This document shows positions 1 to 8,942 of a DNA stretch of 64,000 nt, in pieces; position 1 is the stretch's first letter, and every line of letters starts with the position of its first letter. Source of the DNA: Myxococcota bacterium (GTDB taxonomy: Bacteria > Myxococcota_A > UBA9160 > UBA4427); assembly GCA_036336835.1 (NCBI GenBank), contig JAYZFK010000034.1, positions 18,432 to 82,431 on the forward strand. Reading direction: 5' to 3'. Under the pieces are notes generated by a model, which was not told where the DNA came from, did not search any database, and worked only from the letters and a program-made list of their open reading frames with translations. The position numbers and the translations under genes were made by a program.

Positions 1-1038
1 TACATCAGCGGCGTCGAGCAACGGATGCGCGGCGAGCTGGCGAAGCTGCGCCCGGGGACCTATCGCGGCGAGTACGCCGTCGACGACGACGGCATCGACC
101 TCGCGCACTCTCCGGTCGTCCGAGTGGTGGTGACAGTCGGCGACGGACGGATCGCGGACGGAACGATCCGCCTCGACTTCTCGGAGACCGACGACCAGGC
201 ACTCGGTGCGATCAACGCGGGCTTCTCCCAGGCGCTCACCGGAGCGCTGCACTCGGTGCGTTGCTTCGTCGACCCGACCGTCCCGATGAACGAGGGTTGC
301 TATGGGCCGGTGGAGGTGGTGTTCCGAAGGGGCTCGCTGCTCGATCCCGAGCCGCCGGCCGCCTGCGGCGGACGGGTCGTCGCAGTCACGGCCGCTTGCG
401 AGGCCGCGCTCGCGGCGCTCTCGGAGGCACGACCGGAGCAGGCCACCGCCGCAAGCTCGGTGATCCATCCGTTCACGCTCTCCGGGATGGGCGGCAACCC
501 CTGGATGCTGCTGTCGTACGAGTACGGCGGCATCGGCGCGCGCCGCGGCTCGGACGGCCCGAGCGCAACCGGTGCGTTCTTCCTCGGCGGACGCAACGTC
601 GTCCCCCAGATCGAGCCGCTGGAAGCCCGGTTTCCGATCCGCGTGGAAGCCCAGCGGCTGATCCGCGACTCGGGCGGCGCCGGACGCACGCGCGGCGGGC
701 TCGGAGTCGAGACACGCATCGAGCTGCTCGAGGACGCCGAGCTGTCACTGCGGGCCGAGCGCGTGCGCCACGCGCCGCGCGGGCGCGACGGTGGCCACGA
801 CGGTCGCGCCGGGAGCCAGCGCGTCGAAGCTGCGGACGGCTCGACGCGCGCCATCCCGGCCAAGGTCTCGAACTTCCGGCTGGCCGCGGGCGAGACCTTC
901 GTGCTGACCACCTCGGGCGGTGGCGGCCTCGGCGAGCCGAGCGAGCGCGACCCCAGCGCTCTCGCGCGCGACATCGCCGAACACCACGTGAGCCGCGACG
1001 CGGCGCGCACCGAGTACGACCGGGACGACTCGACATGA
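1..1038 (+). CDS. Hydantoinase B / oxoprolinase family protein, C-terminal part (5' end cut by window edge)
   Basis: Frame-1 ORF is open from nt 1. Segments such as 'PMNEGCYGPVEVVF', 'GGAGRTRGGLG' and 'TTSGGGGLGEP' look like the C-terminal half of hydantoinase_B / N-methylhydantoinase B-type proteins. Stop overlaps the next start (ATGA at 1035-1038). Confidence 0.8.
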   Translation, partial: YISGVEQRMRGELAKLRPGTYRGEYAVDDDGIDLAHSPVVRVVVTVGDGRIADGTIRLDFSETDDQALGAINAGFSQALTGALHSVRCFVDPTVPMNEGCYGPVEVVFRRGSLLDPEPPAACGGRVVAVTAACEAALAALSEARPEQATAASSVIHPFTLSGMGGNPWMLLSYEYGGIGARRGSDGPSATGAFFLGGRNVVPQIEPLEARFPIRVEAQRLIRDSGGAGRTRGGLGVETRIELLEDAELSLRAERVRHAPRGRDGGHDGRAGSQRVEAADGSTRAIPAKVSNFRLAAGETFVLTTSGGGGLGEPSERDPSALARDIAEHHVSRDAARTEYDRDDST

Positions 1039-3116
1039 GCGCGCGGCGCGGCTGGGTGCTCGGCAGCGACATCGGCGGGACCTTCACGGACATCGTGCTC
1101 GCGGGTCCCGGCGGCGCCTGGATCTCGATCAAGCAGCTGACGACGCCCGACGCTCCCGAGCGGAGCGTGCTCGATGGCACGCTCCGCGCACTCGACTCCG
1201 CTGGCATCGGCGCCGGCGACGTAACACGGGTGGTGCACGCGACAACGCTCGCGACCAACGCGGTGATCGAGCGGCGCGGCGCGCGCACCGCGTTCGTCGC
1301 CACAGCCGGCTTCGGCGACCTGCTGCGTATCGGACGCAGCAGCCGTGTCGAGGAAGACCGCTATGACCTTCATTTCGCACAGCCCGAGCCGCCACTGCCC
1401 TACGAGCGGATCTTCGAGGTCGCAGAACGGATGGGGCCGCGGGGCGAGATCGTTCGGCCGCTCGGCGACGCTCACGCGCGCGAGGTCGCAGCGCTGGTCG
1501 CCGAGCAGCAACCCGAGGCGGTCGCCGTCTGCTTCCTGCACGCCTACGCCAACGCGACACACGAAGAGCGGATGCAGAGCCACCTCGCCGCACAGCTTCC
1601 GGACGCGCGCATCGTACTGTCGTCTCGGGTGCATCCGGAGATTCGCGAGTTCGACCGCGCATGCACGACGCTGTACACGGCCGCGGTCGCGCCGCGGATG
1701 GCCCGCTATCTCGAGACGCTGAGCTCTGGACTCCGCGCTCTCGGCATCCGCGCTCCGCTGCAGGTGATGGAGTCGTCGGGCGGCGTGATGGCCGCGGCCG
1801 TTGCCGCCGAGCGCGCGGTGGCGACTCTCGAGTCCGGTGGCGCTGCAGGGGTGATGGCCGCAACTCGCTTCGCCCGCCACCACGGACTCGACCGCGTCAT
1901 CTCCTTCGACATGGGCGGGACGACGGTGAAGGCCGGGGTGGTCCACGATGGCGAGCCGCAGCTCGCCCGCGAGCTTCAGATCGGGGGCAAGGGCAGCTTC
2001 GGCGGCCGTCGAGCCGGCAGCGGGCTGCCGGTCAAGATACCGACCGTCGACATTGCAGAGCTCGGCGCGGGCGGCGGCTCGATCGCCTGGGTCGACGCCG
2101 AGGGCCTGCTGCAGGTCGGGCCGCGCTCGGCCGGCGCCGACCCGGGTCCGGCCTGCTACGGCCGCGGCGGAAGGGCGCCGACGGTGACGGACGCAAACCT
2201 CGTGCTCGGCTACCTCGATGCCGAGCGCTTCGGAAGCGGGTCTCTGAAGCTCGACGCCGATGCCGCGCAACGAGCGCTCGACGAGCAGATCGCCCGCCCC
2301 CTGGCAGTCGAGGTCGAGCAGGCCGCCGCGGCGATCCACGACGCGGTGAACGCCAGTCTCGCCAGCGCGATTCACGTGGTCACCGTACAGCGGGGCCTCG
2401 ATCCGCGAGACCACACGATCGTTGGCTTCGGCGGCGCCGGCCCGATGCACATGGCCGGCGTCGCCGAGCGCTTCGGGATCCGCCGCGGAATCGTGCCACC
2501 GGAGGCGGGCGTCGCGGCCGCCGTCGGAATGCAGAGCAGTGACCTGCGGATCGAGCACGGGCGGAGCCAGCTGCTGCGGCCGGCGGAGCTCTCGCCGGCG
2601 GTGGCACAGGAACGATTCGCCGAGCTCGAGGCGAGCGCTCTCGACCGCATGGGCTACGACTCCAGACCGGCGGACCTCGAAGTCGAACACCTCGTCGACG
2701 CGCGCTTCGAAGGACAGTCTCACGAGCTCTGTGTGCCGCTCCGATCGCTCGACGGCGCTGGCCTCGGCACCGTCGAGGCGGCCTTCCGCGAGCGGTACCG
2801 CGCCGCCTACGGGGTCGAGGCGCGGGGCGTCGTCGAGTACGCAGCGCTGCGGGTCCGGCTGCGCGTTCCGGTCGTTGCCCCTCCCCTGCCGCACGCCGCG
2901 ACGTCCGGCGATGCGGAGCCGCGCTCGCAGCGGCGTGCCCACTTTGGCGATCTCTTCGTCGACACGGCGGTCTACGACCGGGCCGGCCTCGCTGCCGGCG
3001 CCGTGCTCGAGGGCCCCGCCATCCTGGAGGGCCGGGGCGAGACGATCGTGGTGCCTCCTGGATGGAGCGCCCGGGTCGACCCGACCGGCAGCATCGTGCT
3101 CGAGCAGTCGGGCTGA
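1035..3116 (+). CDS. Hydantoinase A / oxoprolinase family protein (HyuA-like)
   Basis: Internal ATG at 1035 of the 261..3116 ORF gives an N-terminus 'MSARRGWVLGSDIGGTFTDIV', typical of the hydantoinase_A family. Length about 693 aa. Translationally coupled to the upstream B subunit. Confidence 0.85.
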   Translation: MSARRGWVLGSDIGGTFTDIVLAGPGGAWISIKQLTTPDAPERSVLDGTLRALDSAGIGAGDVTRVVHATTLATNAVIERRGARTAFVATAGFGDLLRIGRSSRVEEDRYDLHFAQPEPPLPYERIFEVAERMGPRGEIVRPLGDAHAREVAALVAEQQPEAVAVCFLHAYANATHEERMQSHLAAQLPDARIVLSSRVHPEIREFDRACTTLYTAAVAPRMARYLETLSSGLRALGIRAPLQVMESSGGVMAAAVAAERAVATLESGGAAGVMAATRFARHHGLDRVISFDMGGTTVKAGVVHDGEPQLARELQIGGKGSFGGRRAGSGLPVKIPTVDIAELGAGGGSIAWVDAEGLLQVGPRSAGADPGPACYGRGGRAPTVTDANLVLGYLDAERFGSGSLKLDADAAQRALDEQIARPLAVEVEQAAAAIHDAVNASLASAIHVVTVQRGLDPRDHTIVGFGGAGPMHMAGVAERFGIRRGIVPPEAGVAAAVGMQSSDLRIEHGRSQLLRPAELSPAVAQERFAELEASALDRMGYDSRPADLEVEHLVDARFEGQSHELCVPLRSLDGAGLGTVEAAFRERYRAAYGVEARGVVEYAALRVRLRVPVVAPPLPHAATSGDAEPRSQRRAHFGDLFVDTAVYDRAGLAAGAVLEGPAILEGRGETIVVPPGWSARVDPTGSIVLEQSG

Positions 3117-3193
3117 CCCCAGAGCCCGACCTGCGAGCACGACCCGGGCCACCGCGCAAACGGGTCCGGGCCGCGGTGCTCGAGCGGTGAGCC

Positions 3194-3793
3194 CTACCGC
3201 TGCGCTTGCGCTCGCGCTCGCGCAACGCGCAATGCCCCGGCCGCGGTGGGGATCTCCGGGTCGAGCGTCAGCGCGGTCTGCAGCTGCCTCGCCGAGAGCA
3301 TGAAATCGATCGGCGCTCCGTGGAGCTCGCCCCGCTTGAGGTACACGAGCCCCAGCAACAGCCGCGACTGGGCGTTGTCCGGGGCGAGCTTGACCAGGAT
3401 TTCCGCGTTCGCGGTAGCGGATTCGACCAGCGTGCGCAGCTCAGCGCCCTGCCCGCGCGTGCTTCCCAGCTCATCGATCAGCTGCCGCGCGATTGCCCGC
3501 CGCAGGCGAGCATCGCTCTGAACCACGGGGGCAAGCGAGGAGACCGGGGAAATGCGCCCGAGCAACTCGACCGCCTCTTCGTCAAGCAGCGTCGAGGCCT
3601 CGAGCTCGCCGAGCGCCTCGCGCGCTTGCCCGGCCTGCAGCAACGACGCGACGCGCCGGTGATAGCCCGTTTCGAGGAGCCACCGGCCCACTGGCGGGCT
3701 GCCCCACTCGAGGAGCGCCGCCACGAGCAGGCAGCCTGCCCCCACGGCGAGCCCGATCCGTCGTCGCCAGTCTACTTTCGGCGCGTCAGCCAT
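3194..3793 (-). CDS. Hypothetical membrane-anchored helical-repeat (TPR-like) protein
   Basis: 199-aa ORF with an N-terminal hydrophobic helix ('IGLAVGAGCLLVAALL') followed by a helix-rich Leu/Ala/Arg region. Start overlaps the stop of the upstream hydroxylase gene by 8 nt. No specific family recognised. Confidence 0.5.
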   Translation of the reverse strand: MADAPKVDWRRRIGLAVGAGCLLVAALLEWGSPPVGRWLLETGYHRRVASLLQAGQAREALGELEASTLLDEEAVELLGRISPVSSLAPVVQSDARLRRAIARQLIDELGSTRGQGAELRTLVESATANAEILVKLAPDNAQSRLLLGLVYLKRGELHGAPIDFMLSARQLQTALTLDPEIPTAAGALRVARARAQAQR

Positions 3794-4670
3794 TGGGCGC
3801 GAGCAAGGAGCGGAAGGGCGCCATCAGCTGACCGCCGAAGCTGGTGGGATATTCGTCGATGTCGTCGAAGCCGAGCTCGATCTCGTTTCGATCGTCCGGC
3901 AGATAGGCCGTTCCGAACAGATAGTCCCAGAGACACAACGCATCGCCGTAGTTCACGTTGCGCTTGTAGTCCACGGCTGCCGCATGGTGCCACAGGTGGA
4001 TCTGCGGGTTGTTCAGCACATACTTGAGCGGCCCGAGCGGCAGTCGGACGTTGGCGTGCGTGAACGCGGAGAACACCGCAATGAACAGCCCGACCGCGAA
4101 CGTGTCCTGCACCGCAAAGCCAATCATGCCAATGGGGACGTAGAACACGAACGGGTAGAAGAGCTTCTCGACGAAGTGGATCCGGCCGGCGTTCAGCACA
4201 TCGAGCTCCCGCGCCGAATGGTGGACCTTGTGAAACGCCCACAGGAAGTCGACGTGGTGCAGCAACCAGTGCCCGAGCCAGGAGGTCAGATCGAGCGCGA
4301 GGACGAGCAGCAGATAGCGCAGCCAGATGGGCAGGGCCTCGAGCCGGATCGCGACTAGATGCTCGATTCCGAAGTAGTGCGCGAGCGCGTCCCGGAACAC
4401 GACACTCGTGACCTCGACGAGTGCCGTGCCGATCAACATCCAGAAGATCAGGTAATTGAACAGCGTGTAGAAGAGATCGAGACCAACGCCGTTGCGCAGC
4501 TTCTTCTGCCTTGGCCGCCAGGGGAAGAAATACTCCCAGGCGAGGAACGCCGCGATCACGCCGACGTACAGATGCACTGCGAACGTAGGCCGCAGCAGAC
4601 TGTCGAGTCCTGCCCGCAGGGCCGACAGCTCGACGAGCACGAACAGATCCCAGTAGTCCTGCAGCACCAT
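3786..4670 (-). CDS. Fatty acid hydroxylase / sterol desaturase family di-iron membrane enzyme
   Basis: Three histidine boxes ('HWLLHH', 'HKVHH', 'HLWHH') interspersed with hydrophobic helices. 294 aa. Confidence 0.85.
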   Translation of the reverse strand: MVLQDYWDLFVLVELSALRAGLDSLLRPTFAVHLYVGVIAAFLAWEYFFPWRPRQKKLRNGVGLDLFYTLFNYLIFWMLIGTALVEVTSVVFRDALAHYFGIEHLVAIRLEALPIWLRYLLLVLALDLTSWLGHWLLHHVDFLWAFHKVHHSARELDVLNAGRIHFVEKLFYPFVFYVPIGMIGFAVQDTFAVGLFIAVFSAFTHANVRLPLGPLKYVLNNPQIHLWHHAAAVDYKRNVNYGDALCLWDYLFGTAYLPDDRNEIELGFDDIDEYPTSFGGQLMAPFRSLLAPNG

Positions 4671-4790
4671 CGCCAGAGCGCTCCGCCGGCCAAAGATAGA
4701 GCATCCCCGGTCCGAGCCGGAGGCACTCCAGGCAGGTCCCGATCCTCGGCGGAAAGGCGATGCCCGACAGCCGGCGCGGACGCCTCGGCC

Positions 4791-5750
4791 TCAGCCGGAT
4801 CGCAGATCGGCGAAGTAGAAGCGCGCGACCTGGTTGAGCACGTCCGCGCGCTCCCACTGCAGGAAGTGCCCGCACTCGGGCACCACGAGGGGGCCGACGC
4901 GGTTGGGAAAGGCGACCTCACAGCGTTTGGGGAAGTCGCTGGGCACGACCTGGTCCTCGGGTCCGTACAGAATCAGGGTCGGGGTCTCGACCTGCTGCGC
5001 CAACAGCGGAGCCTCCGTCATCGACCGCCCGTACTCGAGCTGATACGGCGCCCAGCCCGCGTACAGGCGGCGCGCATCCTCGAAAGGCTCGACCATGAAG
5101 TCGTAGTCGGCCTCCTCGAACGAGTACTGCGATGCGAGCAGGCGATGCTCGTAGAAATCGCGCACGTAGCGTCGCCGTCTCGCCGGGGTATCGAGCTCCT
5201 CGAGCAGCTCCTTCCAGTCCCTCCCCTGCCGGATGCGATAGTCCCCCGTCGGCCCGTGCTCGAGCGGATTCATGCCCAGCCCGCGCTCCGCGTACCAGTC
5301 GGAGCGCTCGGGCACCATGGGCGCGACAGTGTTGAAGAAGATCATTCGGTCGACGAAGCCGGGGAAACGGTTCGCCATGTCGCAGATCACCACGCCGCCG
5401 ACGTCCCCTCCTATCAGCCCGCAACGCTCGTGGCCGAGCACGTCGTGGACCAGGGCGTAGAGGTCGCGCGAGTAGAGGACCAGGTCGTACTCGTCCCGCT
5501 CGGAGATGTCGGAGTCCCCGTAGCCGCGTAGATCCGGAACGATGACCTCGAAGCCCGCCTCGGCGAGCGGCCGGACGTTGCGCCACCAGATTCGCTTGGT
5601 CTCGGGATAGCCGTGCACGAGCACGAGCGGATAGCCGCCGATGCCCTCGCGCAGATAGGCGAGCTGCATGTCTTCGGCGACGCGCGCCCGGTGGAGATCG
5701 AACGCATCGCGAGCGGGTGTCTCGGGCTGATCCGGACGAATGCTGGGCAC
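4791..5750 (-). CDS. Alpha/beta hydrolase (epoxide hydrolase / haloalkane dehalogenase-like)
   Basis: 'LVLVHGYPET', an Asp-type nucleophile elbow 'LIGGDVGG' and C-terminal 'ECGHFLQWE'. The 543-aa track ORF runs into msrA in another frame. I place the start at GTG 5750, with AGGA 6 nt upstream. ATG 5669 is an alternative start. Confidence 0.8.
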   Translation of the reverse strand: MPSIRPDQPETPARDAFDLHRARVAEDMQLAYLREGIGGYPLVLVHGYPETKRIWWRNVRPLAEAGFEVIVPDLRGYGDSDISERDEYDLVLYSRDLYALVHDVLGHERCGLIGGDVGGVVICDMANRFPGFVDRMIFFNTVAPMVPERSDWYAERGLGMNPLEHGPTGDYRIRQGRDWKELLEELDTPARRRRYVRDFYEHRLLASQYSFEEADYDFMVEPFEDARRLYAGWAPYQLEYGRSMTEAPLLAQQVETPTLILYGPEDQVVPSDFPKRCEVAFPNRVGPLVVPECGHFLQWERADVLNQVARFYFADLRSG

Positions 5751-5767
5751 TGGCAGTCCTCCCCGGC

Positions 5768-6415
5768 TCAGCTCTCGAGCCCGGTCGGGCAGGCGACGCC
5801 CGTCCCGCCGAGCCCGCAGTATCCACCGGGATTCTTGTGCAGGTACTGCTGATGGTAGTCCTCGGCGTAGTAGAACTCGGCCGCGTCGAGGATCTCGCTG
5901 GTGATCCCGGCAAAGCCCGCCTCGGCGAGCCTCGCCTCGTACTTCTCGCGCGACACCTCGGCGACGGCTCGCTGAGCATCGGAGGCGAGATAGATCCCCG
6001 AGCGGTACTGCGTGCCGACGTCGTTGCCCTGCTGCATCCCCTGGGTCGGATCGTGGCTCTCCCAGAACATTCGGAGCATCGCTTCGTACGACGTCCGAGC
6101 GGGATCGAACACTACGAGCACGACCTCGTTGTGGCCGGTCATCCCGCTGCAGACCTCCTCGTACGTCGGGTTGCGCGTGTGGCCTGCCGCGTATCCGACC
6201 GCGGTCGTCCAGACACCGGGCGCCTGCCAAAAGATGCGCTCCGCGCCCCAGAAACAGCCGAGCCCGAACACCGCCGACTCGAAACCTTCGGGGAACGGCG
6301 GCGTCATCGGGTTGCCGAGGACCGCGTGCGCGGCGGCAACCGGCATGCACTCCTCGCGGCCCGGGAGTGCGTCGGCGGGATCGGGTATGCGGGTCTTGTC
6401 GCGAAAGAGTCCCAT
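5768..6415 (-). CDS. msrA: Peptide-methionine (S)-S-oxide reductase
   Basis: '[10 protein letters not shown]' active-site motif and 'YHQQYL'. 215 aa, collinear with MsrA. Confidence 0.95.
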   Translation of the reverse strand: MGLFRDKTRIPDPADALPGREECMPVAAAHAVLGNPMTPPFPEGFESAVFGLGCFWGAERIFWQAPGVWTTAVGYAAGHTRNPTYEEVCSGMTGHNEVVLVVFDPARTSYEAMLRMFWESHDPTQGMQQGNDVGTQYRSGIYLASDAQRAVAEVSREKYEARLAEAGFAGITSEILDAAEFYYAEDYHQQYLHKNPGGYCGLGGTGVACPTGLES

Positions 6416-6464
6416 GGGTCACCTCCGTGGCCCCCTAGGATAGTGCGACGCTACGCTGCCGCGC

Positions 6465-7244
6465 ATGCGAATCGCCACCTGGAACGTCAACGGGCTGCGC
6501 GCCCGCCTCGACTTCGTGCTGCTGTGGCTCCGCGAGCGCGAGCCCGATCTCGTCGGCCTGCAGGAGCTGAAGCTCACGGACGACCTGTTCCCCCACGCGG
6601 AGCTCGAGCAGGCGGGCTACCAGGCCGTGACGCACGGACAGAAGAGCTGGAACGGCGTCGCCATCCTGTCGCGCGAGCCCGTCGAGCTCACGCACACGGG
6701 CCTCGAAGGCCAGGAAGACTTCGGCGCGCGGCTGCTGACCGCACGGCTGGGCGACCTGTCGTTCGCCACCGTCTACTGCCCGAACGGCAAGACGCTCGAG
6801 CACGCGGACTACCCGAGGAAGCTCGCCTGGTTCGACGCGCTCGCCGCGCACTGGAAGAGCCACCACGACCCTGACCTCCCGGCGGTGCTGTGCGGCGACT
6901 TCAACGTGTGCCCTACGGCGCTCGATTCGTGGGATGGCGATCGCCGCGCCGGACAACTCTTCCACACCGACGCCGAGCGCGAGCGAATCGCCAGCCTGCG
7001 AGCACTCGGCCTGATCGACCTGTTCCGCGACGTCTACCCCGAGGAGCAGGCGTTCTCCTGGTGGGACTACCGGGGCGGAGCCTTTCACCGCAAGCAGGGC
7101 CTGCGCATCGATTTCCTGCTCGCCACCAAGGTCGTGCGCGAGCGCGTGCGCCTCGTCGAGATCGACCGCGAGTACCGCAAGAAGCACGACGGCCTCACCG
7201 CGTCGGATCACGCACCCGTGTTTGCAGACCTGGCGGAGGACTAG
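6465..7244 (+). CDS. xthA: Exodeoxyribonuclease III
   Basis: 'MRIATWNVNGLRAR', 'GLQELK' and C-terminal 'SDHAPV'. 259 aa. Classic ExoIII/AP-endonuclease layout. Confidence 0.95.
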   Translation: MRIATWNVNGLRARLDFVLLWLREREPDLVGLQELKLTDDLFPHAELEQAGYQAVTHGQKSWNGVAILSREPVELTHTGLEGQEDFGARLLTARLGDLSFATVYCPNGKTLEHADYPRKLAWFDALAAHWKSHHDPDLPAVLCGDFNVCPTALDSWDGDRRAGQLFHTDAERERIASLRALGLIDLFRDVYPEEQAFSWWDYRGGAFHRKQGLRIDFLLATKVVRERVRLVEIDREYRKKHDGLTASDHAPVFADLAED

Positions 7245-7246
7245 TC

Positions 7247-7723
7247 ATGGGGATCCTGGGATTCACGCACGTTGGCATCTGCGTCTCGGACCTCGAGCGC
7301 TCGCGGCGCTTCTACCAGGACGTGTTCGGCTTCGCGCCGGTGAGCGAGCTCGCGATCGACGGCGGCCCGACGGAGCAGATGATGGAGCTCGACGACCTCG
7401 AGCTTCGCTGTCTGTTCCTCGAACGCGACGGCGTGCGCATCGAGCTGATGCACCAGCAGACGCCCGGCACGGTCGGAAGCGGCGAAGCAACGCCGATGAA
7501 CCGGCGCGGCCTCACACACTTCGCGTTCCGCGTCGACGACCTCGACGCAACGCTCGGACGGATCGAGGCTGCCGGAGGCCGCCTGCTCGAGCAGACGCGG
7601 ATCGCGAACCCGGCCTTTCAGGCGAAAGTGATCTGCGTGCTCGACCCCGACGGCGTGCGGCTCGAGCTGGTCGAGGCCCCGGGCGACCCGTTCGAGCCGC
7701 TGGGCACACCCGCCGGGGCCTGA
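7247..7723 (+). CDS. VOC (glyoxalase/bleomycin-resistance/dioxygenase) family protein
   Basis: ATG at 7247, 3 nt after the xthA stop. 'FTHVGICVSDLERSRRFYQDVFGF' and 'LTHFAFRVDDLDATL' form the paired beta-alpha-beta-beta-beta VOC modules. Confidence 0.85.
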   Translation: MGILGFTHVGICVSDLERSRRFYQDVFGFAPVSELAIDGGPTEQMMELDDLELRCLFLERDGVRIELMHQQTPGTVGSGEATPMNRRGLTHFAFRVDDLDATLGRIEAAGGRLLEQTRIANPAFQAKVICVLDPDGVRLELVEAPGDPFEPLGTPAGA

Positions 7724-7831
7724 AGCGGCGAAGGCTCGCCAGCTCTGGAGGCGAGCGGGGCTCGGCCGCGTTGCATCCCGGCGCGACGTTGGCGCATGAT
7801 GCGCTCCGCACCCCTGCCCGAGACGACGACC

Positions 7832-8908
7832 ATGCACTTCGGACTCACGCAAGAGCAGACGCTGATGCAACACGCGATCCGCGAGCTCGCCGCGGGCGAG
7901 CTGCCGCCGAACCGGCGGCGCGCGCTGTTCGACGAGGGCACGGGCTTCGACCCCGACCTCTGGCAGCGGGCTGCAGAGACCGGCCTTGCGGGTCTCGTCG
8001 TCCCGGAAGAGCACGGCGGAGCAGGCCTCGATCTCCTCGACCTGGCACTGGCAAGCGAGGTGATCGGTGAGGCCGCGCTCCCGGGTCCCTTCCTGGGGCA
8101 TTCGCTGGCGACGATCGCCCTCGCCTGCGGGGGCAGCGAGGCCCAGAAATCGGAGTGGCTGCCGAAGCTCGCGACCGGCGACACAATCGGCACGGTGGCC
8201 CTCGGTGAACGCGGCGACGTCTGGGACCCGGCGGGCTGGCAGACCAAGGACACCGGCGGGGTGGTCAGCGGAGACAAGCAGTTCGTCGAGCACGGCGATC
8301 GCGCGAATTTGATCGTGGTCGGCACCGCCGGCGGCGGGCTGTCCCTGGTCGAGGGGCAGAGCCTCGGCCGCAGCGAGGTCGTCGACGGACTCGATCGCAC
8401 GCGTCGGCTCGCGCACCTCGGCTTCGACGGCGCGCCCGCCGAGGCACTGGCCGGCGGACCCACCGCGGCGGACGCGGTCTGCGAAGCCGGGCGCATCCTG
8501 CTGGCGGCCGACGCCTTCGGCGCGTCGTGGAAATTGATCCGCATGACGGTCGAGTACACGCTCGAGCGCGAGCAGTTCGGAACCAAGATCGCGCAGTTCC
8601 AGTCCGTGAAGCACCAGCTCGCAAACCTGGCCGCCCGCTGCGAACCGATGCGTGGGCTGTTCTGGAGCGCGGCCTACTCCTTCGACCACCTGCCCGCCGA
8701 GCGCGCACGCGAAGCGGCCGCCGCGAAGGCACACATCACCGAGACAGCCGTCGATATCGGTCGCCACGCGGTCGAGCTGCACGGCGGGATCGGGTTCACC
8801 TGGGAATGCGACGTCCAGTTCTGGCTGAAGCGCACGATGTTCGACCGAACCTGGCTCGGCTCGCCGCGCGCGCATCGAGAACGACTCGCGCAGCTCTCGG
8901 ACTGGTAG
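7832..8908 (+). CDS. Acyl-CoA dehydrogenase family protein (small subunit-like)
   Basis: Start placed at ATG 7832 ('MHFGLTQEQ...', the usual ACAD N-terminus). 'VPEEHGGAG' and 'ELHGGIGFTWE' are present. About 358 aa, shorter than canonical ACADs. Confidence 0.85.
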   Translation: MHFGLTQEQTLMQHAIRELAAGELPPNRRRALFDEGTGFDPDLWQRAAETGLAGLVVPEEHGGAGLDLLDLALASEVIGEAALPGPFLGHSLATIALACGGSEAQKSEWLPKLATGDTIGTVALGERGDVWDPAGWQTKDTGGVVSGDKQFVEHGDRANLIVVGTAGGGLSLVEGQSLGRSEVVDGLDRTRRLAHLGFDGAPAEALAGGPTAADAVCEAGRILLAADAFGASWKLIRMTVEYTLEREQFGTKIAQFQSVKHQLANLAARCEPMRGLFWSAAYSFDHLPAERAREAAAAKAHITETAVDIGRHAVELHGGIGFTWECDVQFWLKRTMFDRTWLGSPRAHRERLAQLSDW

Positions 8909-8942
8909 CCGGACGAATCGCCCGACAGAGGAACAGCGACGC

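Noticed and set aside
300-3152. 950-aa minus-strand ORF antisense to the hydantoinase genes. Similar giant alternate-frame ORFs occur at 7241-9289 (-), 9904-12012 (-), 11578-14529 (+), 15314-17341 (-), 25776-29393 (+), 29881-32268 (-), 46165-48036 (-) and 48293-50503 (-).
   Set aside because: Their translations are Arg/Ala/Pro/Gly-rich low-complexity strings with no recognisable motifs. Each fully overlaps a frame that encodes a clearly recognisable protein. These are the typical stop-codon-poor shadow ORFs of GC-rich DNA.
3141-3180. Possible terminator hairpin (CACCGCG...CGCGGTG) after the hydantoinase A gene.
   Set aside because: The stem is only 7 bp with a loop of about 15 nt and no U-tract. 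It is indistinguishable from chance complementarity in GC-rich DNA.
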